Assembly (NCBI GenBank): GCA_965277805.1
Contig: OZ255842.1
Coordinates: forward strand, 2,144,001 to 2,208,000
DNA length: 64,000 nucleotides
Reading direction: 5' to 3'
Source: Candidatus Lustribacter sp.
GTDB taxonomy: Bacteria > Vulcanimicrobiota > Vulcanimicrobiia > Vulcanimicrobiales > Vulcanimicrobiaceae
A model generated the notes under the pieces. It saw only the letters and a program-made list of their open reading frames with translations, was not told the DNA's origin and did no database searches. How positions within the stretch are numbered: the stretch's first letter is position 1; every line of letters starts with the position of its first letter. Position numbers and translations under genes: made by a program. This document shows positions 1 to 9,330 of the stretch, piece after piece.

Positions 1-630
1 CGTCACAACGCTCGCAGCCGCCGCACCGATCAGCGAGTACGGCACGAGACTCCAGTGCCCAACCGCGTTCGAAGTAACATGAAATTCATGCACACGCAAC
101 GACGCGTCCGCCGCGACGCATGAAGCAACAAGCCCATGCAGCCAAACGCGGACCTCCGTATAGCCCGGTCCATCCGACAGAGGCACCCAAACGCAAGCGC
201 TCGAGGCTCCGTCACGCAACACGAGCCCGTCAAGCCCATGCGTGCGTAGCGCAGCCCGCACCGCCCGCACGGCCTGCGCCGAAAACCCGGCCGGCCGGTC
301 AGCGTCCGGGCGAACGAGCACGCGCGCAAACGCCGCTTTCGCCGAATCATTAGGAAGCGGCGACCAGGAATGCACCTCGATGGCACCGCGGTGCGCTTCA
401 TACAAGATCGAGGCCTGGGAAAGCGCGAGGTACTCCACCTTCCCGGCTGCCGACATCACATCGACGGTCGCCTCATGTCCCGGCGCCGGGCCGTGCAGCG
501 ACGCGGAGTAGCGCGCGTCATCCCCATCACGATAGAATGCCGTTACAAGTGGTACGCCGCCGAGATGCCGGACAATCCACGAACCCGCCCGTCGATAATG
601 ATCGACGGCGCTCGCAACCACCGTTTCCAT
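1..630 (-). CDS. LigD polymerase (archaeo-eukaryotic primase)-like protein, degenerate active site, runs off the left edge of the window
   Basis: Not in the ORF track because it has no stop in the window. Hand translation from ATG 630 (GGGGGTG upstream) gives 210 open codons: METVVASAVDHYRRAGSWIVRHLGGVPLVTAFYRDG...GAIEVHSWSP...ARVLVRPD...VLRDGASSACVWVPL...NAVGHWSLVPYSL...VVT, collinear with LigD POL motifs. Confidence 0.7.
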   Translation of the reverse strand, partial: METVVASAVDHYRRAGSWIVRHLGGVPLVTAFYRDGDDARYSASLHGPAPGHEATVDVMSAAGKVEYLALSQASILYEAHRGAIEVHSWSPLPNDSAKAAFARVLVRPDADRPAGFSAQAVRAVRAALRTHGLDGLVLRDGASSACVWVPLSDGPGYTEVRVWLHGLVASCVAADASLRVHEFHVTSNAVGHWSLVPYSLIGAAAASVVT

Positions 631-884
631 TGTCACACCCCCGTCGCCGTTCCGGCGACCGATGCGCGACTTCGACAAAGGGGAGCGGCAAAGCCCGCCG
701 GTGAGAGGCGGCCGGCCTGCTCGTCAGCCGTGAAAACGCACATCGGCGCGTCGGCGCCGACGCCGCGTCCGTGCATGAGTGTGGCATGCTGAACTCAGTG
801 CTCTGCTCAATACTCAGCAGCCGTTGGTTTCGCTACTCCGGCTCCTAACGCTCGCCGGCTGCGCCTGCTATGGTCGGCATGAGG

Positions 885-1661
885 TTATACGTTCAGCGGC
901 AGGTAGGCACCGCCGTTAAGCGGGACGGTGCATCCGGTCAGGCTGCTAGCCGTAGGCGACACCAAAAAGCGAACCGCGTCGGCGACGTCGCCCGGTAGTC
1001 CGAGACGACCGGTCGGGGTGGCGCGCCGGGTTGCTTCGAACACTTCTGTGGCGTGGCGCGCCCGCAGTCGGGGCGTGTCGATCATGCCTGGTGCGAGGGT
1101 ATTCACCGTGACGCCGAGCGTAGCGGCTTCGACCGCCGCAGCACGCGAGAGCGCGATCACTTGAGACTTCGCCGTCGAGTACGCGGGATTCGGCCCAGCG
1201 GCTGGATCCAGTCCAACGGTGGACGAGATCGTGACAATCCGTCCGCCGTCGACCCGGCTACCTATCCAACGCCGCAAGTACGCACGCAGGCAAAGAAATG
1301 TACTGCGCACGTTGAGGACCTCGTTCCCAACCCACGCGTCTAGCTCAAGCGTTCGGAGTGTTGGGGGTGAACCCGAGCTACCCACGACTAAGCCGCCGGC
1401 GACGCAGACGAGCACTGCGGCCGGGCCGAGGTCACGCCAGACGGCATCGAACAGCGCTTCGACCGAGGTTTCGTCGACGACATCGACGGCAAACGCACCG
1501 TGTCCGACACCAGCGAGGCTTGCCGTCACGGACTCGGCCGCTGCTCGGTCGATGTCGGCAAGTGCAACACGCATGCCGTCAACGGCAAGAGCGCGACTGA
1601 TTTCCGATCCGATTGCCCCGCCGCCGCCAGTCACGATTGCGATGCGCGCTTCCTCACTCAC
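885..1661 (-). CDS. SDR family NAD(P)-dependent oxidoreductase
   Basis: TGGGGAIG Rossmann motif, YSTAK catalytic YxxxK, APGMIDT, C-terminal PLNGG. Confidence 0.93.
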   Translation of the reverse strand: MSEEARIAIVTGGGGAIGSEISRALAVDGMRVALADIDRAAAESVTASLAGVGHGAFAVDVVDETSVEALFDAVWRDLGPAAVLVCVAGGLVVGSSGSPPTLRTLELDAWVGNEVLNVRSTFLCLRAYLRRWIGSRVDGGRIVTISSTVGLDPAAGPNPAYSTAKSQVIALSRAAAVEAATLGVTVNTLAPGMIDTPRLRARHATEVFEATRRATPTGRLGLPGDVADAVRFLVSPTASSLTGCTVPLNGGAYLPLNV

Positions 1662-2359
1662 AGGTGGAGATGCGCTCCGTCGTCGACCGCGATCGCGGCC
1701 CCCGTTAGATGCCGCGCTCCCGTGGAGCTGAGAAAACTCACGGTTTCGGCAACCGCGCCCGCAAGGGATCCGCTCACGCCTGAAACGACCGCGTTAACGG
1801 TAATCCCCAGTGGGCCCGCCTCTAGCGACGCGATGCGGGTGATGGCGAGAACCCCCGCTTTACTGGTCGCGTCGGCCGCACCAGTCGCGGCGTCGGCCAT
1901 GAGCGCAGCCGACGACGCAACCGTCACGATGCGCCCATCAGCAACGGCCGTATTCGTACGCCGTCGGAGAAATTCGCGAACGCACAGAAACGTAGCACGC
2001 GCATTGAGGGCCTCCGTTTCCATCCAGGTATCGAGGGTCATCGTCGCAATGCGCGGCCGCACGCCGGGTTCGGGTGGCGTACCGCCTGCAATGCAAACGA
2101 GCGTTGTGACGGATCCGATTTGCGTCTCCACGGTCTCGAATAGACGCGTAACGGACTCCTCAACGCGGGTGTCGAGCGCCAGCGCACGATGCCCTTCCCC
2201 GTCCAGTCCTGCCACGGTCGCCTCCGCGTGGACCAGATCCGGATCCGCGACCACAACACGGTCGCCGGCGCGCGCGAGCGCCCGACTGACCTCGGTTCCG
2301 ATGAGTCCGGCACCGCCGGTTACGATGGCGATGCGCGTCGTCGTCACGACTCCTCCCAT
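1658..2359 (-). CDS. SDR family protein lacking the catalytic Tyr (paralog of the adjacent SDR)
   Basis: TGGAGLIG motif; DATSK replaces YxxxK; substrate-binding loop deleted; 4-nt overlap with the next gene. Confidence 0.85.
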   Translation of the reverse strand: MGGVVTTTRIAIVTGGAGLIGTEVSRALARAGDRVVVADPDLVHAEATVAGLDGEGHRALALDTRVEESVTRLFETVETQIGSVTTLVCIAGGTPPEPGVRPRIATMTLDTWMETEALNARATFLCVREFLRRRTNTAVADGRIVTVASSAALMADAATGAADATSKAGVLAITRIASLEAGPLGITVNAVVSGVSGSLAGAVAETVSFLSSTGARHLTGAAIAVDDGAHLHL

Positions 2360-3213
2360 TGATGTCCGAAGAGGCCTTGCGGACGCAACGTGAGCAGCAC
2401 GAGCAGCAAACCGAAAGAAATCACGGTTTGGTAACTCGATGAAATATAGCGGCCGACAAGCGCGTTAACGATGCCGAGCAGAATGCCGCCCGCGAGTGCT
2501 CCGCTTAGGCTTCCGAATCCGCCAAGTACCGCGGCGACGAAGCCGAACACGCCGTACGCGAGTCCTGCATCCGGCGACGTAAACTGCGCGGGGGCGATGA
2601 CGGCACCACCGAATCCGCCGAGCATGGCCGTAACCCCGAAGCCGATGGCGCCGACGCGCTCGGGGGAGATGCCCAAGAGCGCGCTCGTCTCGCGACTTGC
2701 TGCGCAGGCCCGCATCGCGCGGCCCAGCGTCGTGTATTTGAGCGTAAGCGCAAACGCACCGAGCGCGATCAGCGTTACCGCCGCAACAATCAGATATTGT
2801 CCGTCAATGCGGTTGCCGCCGAATTCCAGCGCAAAGCCGGGGAACCACGGTGGCAGCGTCTGCGGCGCCGGCCCAAGCGCCAGCAGCATCGCCGTGCTCG
2901 CGATGACGCCGAAGATGATCGTTTCGATCAAGATGACATACGCGGGGCTGCGCCGGCGCCAGAGCGGCAACACGACGACGCTCCAAAGCACGAGCCCGGT
3001 CAGCGTCGCCGCGAGCACGCCGAGCACGACCGCCAGCGGATACGGCAAGTGTACGCTCGTGTAGAGCCACGCCGTCACGAGACCGCCGATCATCACGTAG
3101 CTGCCTTGGGCGAAATTAACGACGGCAGTCGTGCGATAGATCAGCGAGTAGCCCGCCGCGACCAGCGCGTAGACGCAGCCGGTCGCGATGCCGATGGCAA
3201 GGACGAGGATCAT
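2344..3213 (-). CDS. Branched-chain amino acid-type ABC transporter permease (LivH-like)
   Basis: GCVYALVAAGYSLIY...NFAQG, TLGRAMRA, AAVLGG, RPQGLFG; start reassigned to ATG 3213 (ATGA overlap). Confidence 0.93.
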   Translation of the reverse strand: MILVLAIGIATGCVYALVAAGYSLIYRTTAVVNFAQGSYVMIGGLVTAWLYTSVHLPYPLAVVLGVLAATLTGLVLWSVVVLPLWRRRSPAYVILIETIIFGVIASTAMLLALGPAPQTLPPWFPGFALEFGGNRIDGQYLIVAAVTLIALGAFALTLKYTTLGRAMRACAASRETSALLGISPERVGAIGFGVTAMLGGFGGAVIAPAQFTSPDAGLAYGVFGFVAAVLGGFGSLSGALAGGILLGIVNALVGRYISSSYQTVISFGLLLVLLTLRPQGLFGHQWEES

Positions 3214-3989
3214 GTCGGTGTGCCCTGGCCGGCATCGCTGCCGAGATATGCTTCGACCACCGCGGCGTCGGCTCGCACGACGTCCGGCTTCCCTGACGCG
3301 ATCATTGAACCGAAGTTCATGACGGTCATGCGATCGCACAACCCAAAGACGAGCGGCACGTCGTGATCGACGAGCAACACCCCCACGCCGCGATCGCGCA
3401 ATTCGCGCACCACGCCGGCGAGGCGCTTACGTTCGGGTTCGTTTAGGCCGGCGGCGGGTTCGTCGAGCAAGATGATCTGCGGCTCCATCGCAACCGCCCG
3501 CGCAATCTCAAGAAAACGGAGCTGGCCGAACGTTAGGTTCTTTGCGTCCGTTTCGGCCAGTGCGCCGAGATCGAAGCGCGCCAGCAACGCTTCGACCGAA
3601 ACCGTCAACGCACGGGCTTCGCGGGTCGCGGCTGGAAGGCGCAATGCCACGGCGCCCAGACTTGCGTGAAAGCGCGTGTGCATGCCCACGATGACGTTCT
3701 CGAACACGCTCAGCCCAGCAAGCGGTGTGGCTTGCTGGAAGGTACGCGAGACGCCGAGGCGGGCAATCTCTGAGGGCTCGAGTCGCGTCAGGTCGTGTTC
3801 GTCGAACGTAATGCTGCCGCTTGTTGGGCGCAAAAATCCCGAGAGCAGTCCGATCGTCGTCGACTTCCCCGCGCCGTTCGGTCCGATCAGCCCGTGGATC
3901 TCGCCCTGCTCGATGCGCAGGTCAAGGCCCGAGACGGCCGTCAAACCGCCGAAGGTTTTCGTCACGCCGGTCATCGTCAGGACACTCAT
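3210..3989 (-). CDS. ABC transporter ATP-binding protein (LivG-like)
   Basis: GPNGAGKST Walker A, RTFQ, LLDEPAAG, VDHD; start ATG 3989 overlaps the upstream stop. Confidence 0.94.
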   Translation of the reverse strand: MSVLTMTGVTKTFGGLTAVSGLDLRIEQGEIHGLIGPNGAGKSTTIGLLSGFLRPTSGSITFDEHDLTRLEPSEIARLGVSRTFQQATPLAGLSVFENVIVGMHTRFHASLGAVALRLPAATREARALTVSVEALLARFDLGALAETDAKNLTFGQLRFLEIARAVAMEPQIILLDEPAAGLNEPERKRLAGVVRELRDRGVGVLLVDHDVPLVFGLCDRMTVMNFGSMIASGKPDVVRADAAVVEAYLGSDAGQGTPT

Positions 3990-4972
3990 CGCGATGGTAA
4001 CCGCCGGCGCAACCAAAGCGGCAACATATCGGCCATCGTCCCAGTATCAGCTGAACGGCCGAAGAGGCCGCTCGGCCAGAGCAGTAATAGCACGAGCAAG
4101 AGAATGAAAAAGATCAGGTTCTGCGCCTTCTCGAATCCGGATAGCACTTCGGGGGCGAACGTGAGCAAAGCAGCTCCAATCAGCGGCCCAATAAACGAGC
4201 CTCGGCCACCGATGAAGAGCATCAAGAAAATGTTGACGACGATGCTGATGTCGTACAAATCGGGGCCGACGAACGACGTGAACTCCGCGTAGAGCGAACC
4301 GGCAATACATGCCATCACGGCACCGATCGCAAACGCGAGGGTCTTATACTGCGTGAGGTGGATCCCGAGACTAGCCGCGATATCTTGGCCGGTTGCAATC
4401 GCGCGCCAGGCGCGGCCGATATACGATGTCGCCAGTGTGGCGAAAAACGCCAGAGCGATCGCGCAAGCGATCCAACTAAGCACATAAAAGGCCAGCGGAT
4501 CGGCAAACGAGAGCGACCCGATCGCCAGTGGCGGAATTCCTGAGATGCCGATGCTGCCGTTGGTCAACGGGGTCGCCGCACCAACGAACGAGTCGACTCC
4601 GAGGGCGAGGGCAAATGTCGCCATCGCAAGGTAGTGTCCGCGGAGCCGCAACAACGGCGGTCCGAGGCCCAGGGCGACGACGAGCGCGCAGAGCGCAGAA
4701 ACGACGAGCGCGAGCCACGGATTTAGATGGGCGCGCGTCGTTAGCAGAGCGGAGCCATAACCCCCGATCGCCATGAAAGTAGTCTGCGCGAAACTCACCT
4801 GACCCGCAAGGCCCAGCACGATGTTAAGCGAGATGGTGACGATGGCGTAGATCGCGGTGATCGTCAAGCTATAGGTAACTAGGCGCGATCCGCCCAGTGG
4901 CGCCAGCACGACCACGATAACGATCGCGGCCAAAACAATACGCTCTACGCGCTGCCGGAGTGGTTCCGTCAT
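3986..4972 (-). CDS. Branched-chain amino acid-type ABC transporter permease (LivM-like)
   Basis: GQVSFAQ, LRLRGHYLAMAT, GRAWRAI, IGGRGS, PSGLFG; highly hydrophobic. Confidence 0.93.
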   Translation of the reverse strand: MTEPLRQRVERIVLAAIVIVVVLAPLGGSRLVTYSLTITAIYAIVTISLNIVLGLAGQVSFAQTTFMAIGGYGSALLTTRAHLNPWLALVVSALCALVVALGLGPPLLRLRGHYLAMATFALALGVDSFVGAATPLTNGSIGISGIPPLAIGSLSFADPLAFYVLSWIACAIALAFFATLATSYIGRAWRAIATGQDIAASLGIHLTQYKTLAFAIGAVMACIAGSLYAEFTSFVGPDLYDISIVVNIFLMLFIGGRGSFIGPLIGAALLTFAPEVLSGFEKAQNLIFFILLLVLLLLWPSGLFGRSADTGTMADMLPLWLRRRLPSR

Positions 4973-5700
4973 CGGTTTTCAGTCATTCCGAGATAGAGCG
5001 CGGCGAGCTGTTCGTCGTCGGGGCGCCGGTCTTCATGAAAGACGGCGCGTCCGTTCTGCAACACGATCGTCGTCTCGCGTTCGCTGCGCAGCGGTACCGC
5101 TTTCTGCTCGACGAGGATCATGCACAGCCCTCGTTCGAGCAGCTGCGCGAGCGCGTCGTACACACGGGTGACCGCTAGGGGAGCAAGCCCGAGTGACGGT
5201 TCGTCGAGGAGCAGCACGAGGGGTTTCGCAAGCAGTGCACGCGCGATCGCCAGCATTTGCATCTCGCCACCACTGAGCGTGCTGCAATCCTGTTCGAAGC
5301 GCTCGCGCAGAACGGGGAAGAGCTCTAAGACGCTATCAAGATCGCTAGTGAAACGCCCGCGCCGCGAGCGGGACGCCGCATCCCATCCGAGGATGAGGTT
5401 GTCGCGGACGTTTAACCCTGGTAGCCGGCCGCGACCTTCGGGGACGAGCGAGACGCCGCGCGTCACACGCCGATAGTCCGGAACGTAGGTGATGTCGACG
5501 TCCTCGAGCATGACGCGACCCGCACGCAGCGGCACGGCGCCGGCGAGCGCCTTCACGAGTGTCGTCTTGCCGGCCCCGTTCGCCCCCAGGACGAGCGTGA
5601 GGCTCCCGCGCCGCGCGGTGAGCGAAATCGGAGCCAAAGCCTCGATGCGGCCATAACTGACCGCGACGCCATCGGCGCTGATTAGAGTACGCTCGTCCAT
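4969..5700 (-). CDS. ABC transporter ATP-binding protein (LivF-like)
   Basis: GANGAGKTT, VPEGR, LSGGEMQMLAIARAL, LLLDEPSLGLAP, VEQ. Confidence 0.94.
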   Translation of the reverse strand: MDERTLISADGVAVSYGRIEALAPISLTARRGSLTLVLGANGAGKTTLVKALAGAVPLRAGRVMLEDVDITYVPDYRRVTRGVSLVPEGRGRLPGLNVRDNLILGWDAASRSRRGRFTSDLDSVLELFPVLRERFEQDCSTLSGGEMQMLAIARALLAKPLVLLLDEPSLGLAPLAVTRVYDALAQLLERGLCMILVEQKAVPLRSERETTIVLQNGRAVFHEDRRPDDEQLAALYLGMTENR

Positions 5701-5721
5701 ACTGGCTGTCTCGACTGCGGT

Positions 5722-6885
5722 TTAATGTACGCCAAAAACGATGTTGATCGTCGACCCTTGCAGCTTGCCGATTTGGAGCGGGTTGGGAACGTTTTTCTGC
5801 CCGGAATGATCGTCAGCCGTATAGTGATAAGCGGAGTTCGTGCCGTCGATCGACACCTTCTCCAGTGCCGCGCGCAACGCGTCGCCGCCGGTCGCGCCCG
5901 AAGCTTTGACGGCTTGCGCGAGGATCGTGACCGCATCCCAGCCGTACGCGGCGCCTAGCAAGTTCCCCGGGTCCAGCCCGGCAGCTTTGTACGAAACCAG
6001 AAAACCTGCGATTTTTGCCTTGATGCGCGGATTGGGAACGTTCGGGTACGCCTGCGGTGCCGTCGCGCTAAAGTAGACGTTCGGATAGGCCATCGTGGAC
6101 TGTTGCATGATCCCAAGGTCATCGCCGGTCATTACGATCGGCACCTTGAGACCGACGGTCGTTGCGGCCTTCGTTTCAACGATGTGGGTCGATCCCGTAA
6201 CGACATCGATGATCGCGTCGGGGTTCGAGTCTTTGACCTTCGACATCAAGGGCGTCAGATCGGTGGTCGATCCCTCAACGCCCGAAGACGAAAGCACGTT
6301 CAAACCCAGCTGTTGGGCCCCCGCCGCCATTTGCTGCGCGCCGAGTTGTCCGAAAGGGGTCTGCGAGTAGATGATCGCGATCGTTTTCGCGTGGAGACGA
6401 TCCTTGACAAACGCGAGCTGAATATCGACGTGCTTGTTGTGGGGGGTATTTGCGAAGAATGCCCACGTCGGATTCGGCGGAAGGTCCGAATAGACGAGCA
6501 TTGGCACTTTCGCACGCTCGACGATGGGCTCAGCCGCTCCATTCTGGGCCGAAGATAGGCCGTTGATCAGAACGCTAACGTTGAATTGATTGAGCAGCTG
6601 GTTGATCGCCGTGACCCCGGTCGTCGCGTTCGAGGCATTGTCAAGAATGTGAAGATGCACTTCGTGCCCGTCGATGCCGCCGGCCTCGTTCGCCACCTTG
6701 ACCGCCAACTTCACGCCGTCGATAAATGCCGCGTCGTTCGAGGCAAGGAACCCCGTCAGGGAAACCGCCATGCCCACCTCGATCGGCGGCTTATTCGCCG
6801 CACGACCTGAGAGGGGCATCGCAAGGAGCGACACCGCCGCGATCAGCGCAAAGGTCCGTGCAAAGAGTTTGGCTCGTAGAGTCAT
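5722..6885 (-). CDS. ABC transporter substrate-binding protein (LivK-like)
   Basis: Signal peptide MTLRAKLFARTFALIAAVSLLAMPLSGRAA, SLTG, NEAGGIDG, YGWDA; GAAGGAG RBS before ATG 6885. Confidence 0.9.
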   Translation of the reverse strand: MTLRAKLFARTFALIAAVSLLAMPLSGRAANKPPIEVGMAVSLTGFLASNDAAFIDGVKLAVKVANEAGGIDGHEVHLHILDNASNATTGVTAINQLLNQFNVSVLINGLSSAQNGAAEPIVERAKVPMLVYSDLPPNPTWAFFANTPHNKHVDIQLAFVKDRLHAKTIAIIYSQTPFGQLGAQQMAAGAQQLGLNVLSSSGVEGSTTDLTPLMSKVKDSNPDAIIDVVTGSTHIVETKAATTVGLKVPIVMTGDDLGIMQQSTMAYPNVYFSATAPQAYPNVPNPRIKAKIAGFLVSYKAAGLDPGNLLGAAYGWDAVTILAQAVKASGATGGDALRAALEKVSIDGTNSAYHYTADDHSGQKNVPNPLQIGKLQGSTINIVFGVH

Positions 6886-6932
6886 CTTGTCGTCTCCTTC
6901 ATAACGCCTCAACGGCGTCGCGTGGTGGTCAG

Positions 6933-7631
6933 TCATGCTTCGTCCGAATCCGTGACCAGCCGCGAGAGGTAGGCCCATGTACGGGGTCCCTCGCGCATGA
7001 TGTTCGCGATTTTGTGGCCTTCCATGGCGTTGATGTACGTGGGCGTTCCGCCGAGAAGCATCGTTTGCGCGAGGATACGCGCGTTGAGCACGGCGTAGAC
7101 GGCGCGAAATACCGCTTCACGAACGGACGCCCCCACAATCGTCGCTCCGTGTCCACGCATTAGGACAACCGGGCGGTCACCGAGACTCTGCGCCAAGGCT
7201 GCACCCTGCTCATTGCTGTGAATGAGCATTTCCGTCTCCGGACCGAACTGATCGCGAATTTCGAAAACCGGCAGCGGATTCTCGCCTTGGAATCCTGCCA
7301 TATGGTAAATCGGGCGAAGCGGTATCCCCGCAGCGCCAAACGGAATCAGCTCCGGCGTATGACAGTGCACGACCGCCTTGACGTCGCTACGTGCGCGGTA
7401 GATCTGGCCGTGAATGTAGCGTTCGCCGTAGGTCCGTTCCGCATGTCCGGCGGGCTCGCTCTCGAGCGTCCATCGGAAGATGTTTTTTTCGCGAACGTTT
7501 CCGGGTGGGGACGCATCGGCGATATCGTAGAAGTTCGGATCGTCCTCGCAGCGCGCGCTGACGTGCCCGTAACCATCGAGGATGCCTTGATGGGCAAGAA
7601 TCCGGTTGGCCATGACGAGGTCGTCGATCAT
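6933..7631 (-). CDS. Class II aldolase/adducin family protein (possible decarboxylase)
   Basis: DGYGHVSAR, ERYIHGQIY, VVHCH, VLMRGHG metal ligands. Confidence 0.92.
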   Translation of the reverse strand: MIDDLVMANRILAHQGILDGYGHVSARCEDDPNFYDIADASPPGNVREKNIFRWTLESEPAGHAERTYGERYIHGQIYRARSDVKAVVHCHTPELIPFGAAGIPLRPIYHMAGFQGENPLPVFEIRDQFGPETEMLIHSNEQGAALAQSLGDRPVVLMRGHGATIVGASVREAVFRAVYAVLNARILAQTMLLGGTPTYINAMEGHKIANIMREGPRTWAYLSRLVTDSDEA

Positions 7632-8365
7632 CCGACCTTGACCCCGGCCAACAGTTCGCGCCGTAAGAACTCAAGCAATTCCGTCCAAGCCGCGTTGGCC
7701 GCGTCTTCGACGTAGTGGCTCGGGCTCGTGTAATCTTGGAACGCATGACCGGCGTCGTCGTAGGTGTGGAACTCATAGCGAATCCCGTTACGCTTTAGCT
7801 CCACCTCGAGGCGCGCAACGGCCTCGGGCGACGGGTTCGTATCACGTCCCCCGAAGAACCCGGCAATCGGGCAATGAATGTGCGCGGTCAATTCGATCGG
7901 GGGCGGCATCGCAGCATCGCGCGACTCGAAAAGATTGCCATGGTAGAGCAGAACGGCGGCCTGGTAGATCGGATTCGTACCTAAGCCAAGATAGCCGGTA
8001 CGTCCCCCAAGACAGTGGCCGACCATGCCGATGCGGTCGCGGCGTACACGCGGATCCTCAACGAGATTGTCGATTGCCACGTTCATGTCGGCGACTAACT
8101 CGCTGTCGACGAGGTGCTTCATCGACGCGACGGGGTCTTCACCGATGGGCCGGCGGTGATAGTTGTTCGGCGCGGCAGCAACGAGGCCGATCGCAGCAAG
8201 GCGTTCGAGCACGTAGCGCGTGAAGGTATCGAGTCCGCCGCGATGATGAAGGACGAGAACGGCCGGATGCGGCCCTGGTCCCGGCGGATACGCCGTCAGA
8301 ACCGTCATGGGGCTGCCGCCGACGTCGAGGATTTGCTCCGAAAATTCTACAGGCTCCGCTTGCAC
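7628..8365 (-). CDS. Dienelactone hydrolase family protein
   Basis: GHCLGG nucleophile, GGRD, YDDAGHAF (Cys-Asp-His triad). Confidence 0.92.
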   Translation of the reverse strand: MQAEPVEFSEQILDVGGSPMTVLTAYPPGPGPHPAVLVLHHRGGLDTFTRYVLERLAAIGLVAAAPNNYHRRPIGEDPVASMKHLVDSELVADMNVAIDNLVEDPRVRRDRIGMVGHCLGGRTGYLGLGTNPIYQAAVLLYHGNLFESRDAAMPPPIELTAHIHCPIAGFFGGRDTNPSPEAVARLEVELKRNGIRYEFHTYDDAGHAFQDYTSPSHYVEDAANAAWTELLEFLRRELLAGVKVG

Positions 8366-8370
8366 GATAG

Positions 8371-8459
8371 TTGATCTGTTAATCTACTGGCGCCACACCT
8401 TCCTGCCTGTCGGGCGCTGGAAGGGCGCTGCTCCGGGGAAGGTCTACTTGATATATCAA
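8371..8459. promoter_or_regulatory. Divergent promoter region with palindromic operator TTGATATATCAA (8448-8459) and degenerate copy TTGATCTGTTAA (8371-8382)
   Basis: Perfect 12-bp AT-rich palindrome in a GC-rich genome, between divergent operons near hpaR. Confidence 0.55.
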
Positions 8460-8472
8460 TGAATCAACGGGC

Positions 8473-9330
8473 ATGCGGCTTTTCACCTATGACGACGGCG
8501 GTGAGCCCCGCGTCGGCGTCGCTGTCGACAATGAGCGGTTCGTGGCGCTCCACGAATGCGCGGCGGATTTGCCGCGCAACCTACGCCGACTGATCGCGCT
8601 TCCCGATGGCATCGATCGCGCTCGGCAGGCCGTCTCGGGCCGGCCGGGCGACCGGATGCTGAGCGCGGTTCGCTTTCTGCCCGTCATCACCGATCCGAAC
8701 GCCGTATGGTGTCTCGCGCTCAATTTCAAGACGCACCTGCGCGAAACCGGGCTCAGCACATCGACTGAGTTTCCGCATGTCTTTCTGCGTATGATGGCGT
8801 CGCTCGTCGGTCATGGCGAACCGTTGCATTGCCCGCCGGCGAACGTCGCGGTGGAATACGACTACGAAGGTGAGCTGGGCGTCGTGATCGGCCGCGGCGG
8901 CCGGAACATCGCGCTGGGCGATGCCCTCGACCACGTCGCCGGCTACACATGCATCAACGAAGGGTCGGTGCGCGACTACCAGCGCCATAACCGAAACTTC
9001 GGTCTGGGCAAAAACTTTGAAGCGTCGGGCAGCGTCGGCCCCTGGCTCGTCACCGCGGATTCGTTCGGTCATCCCTCGCAACAGCGCTTGATTACGCGTG
9101 TAAACGGGATTGAGCGTCAGAACGAAGCGCTAAGCGACATGCTGTTCGGCGTTGAACCCGTCATCCATTACCTCTCGCAGGGCTATGACTTACGACCGGG
9201 CGATGTCATCGCGATGGGGACGCCGGGCGCCCTCCCGAGCGGCCTCGTTCACATGCAGCCCGGCGACATCGTCGAAGTTGAGGTGACGACTCTTGGAATT
9301 TTGCGCAATCCTGTGATCGCTGGAGTTTAA
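8473..9330 (+). CDS. Fumarylacetoacetate hydrolase family protein
   Basis: DYEGELGVVIG, GYTCINE, GKNF, GPWLVT, PGDVIAMGTP. Confidence 0.94.
   Translation: MRLFTYDDGGEPRVGVAVDNERFVALHECAADLPRNLRRLIALPDGIDRARQAVSGRPGDRMLSAVRFLPVITDPNAVWCLALNFKTHLRETGLSTSTEFPHVFLRMMASLVGHGEPLHCPPANVAVEYDYEGELGVVIGRGGRNIALGDALDHVAGYTCINEGSVRDYQRHNRNFGLGKNFEASGSVGPWLVTADSFGHPSQQRLITRVNGIERQNEALSDMLFGVEPVIHYLSQGYDLRPGDVIAMGTPGALPSGLVHMQPGDIVEVEVTTLGILRNPVIAGV

Noticed and set aside
660-730. GGCAAAGCCCGCC..GGCGG resembling a c-di-GMP (GEMM) riboswitch
   Set aside because: It lacks the GGACGCAAAGC half and a suitably placed downstream gene on that strand.
30-792. Short ORFs listed in 30-792
   Set aside because: Superseded by the stop-less minus-strand ORF at 1-630.
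787-819. TGCTGA...TCAGCA inverted repeat
   Set aside because: Only 6-bp arms, no U-tract and no second instance.
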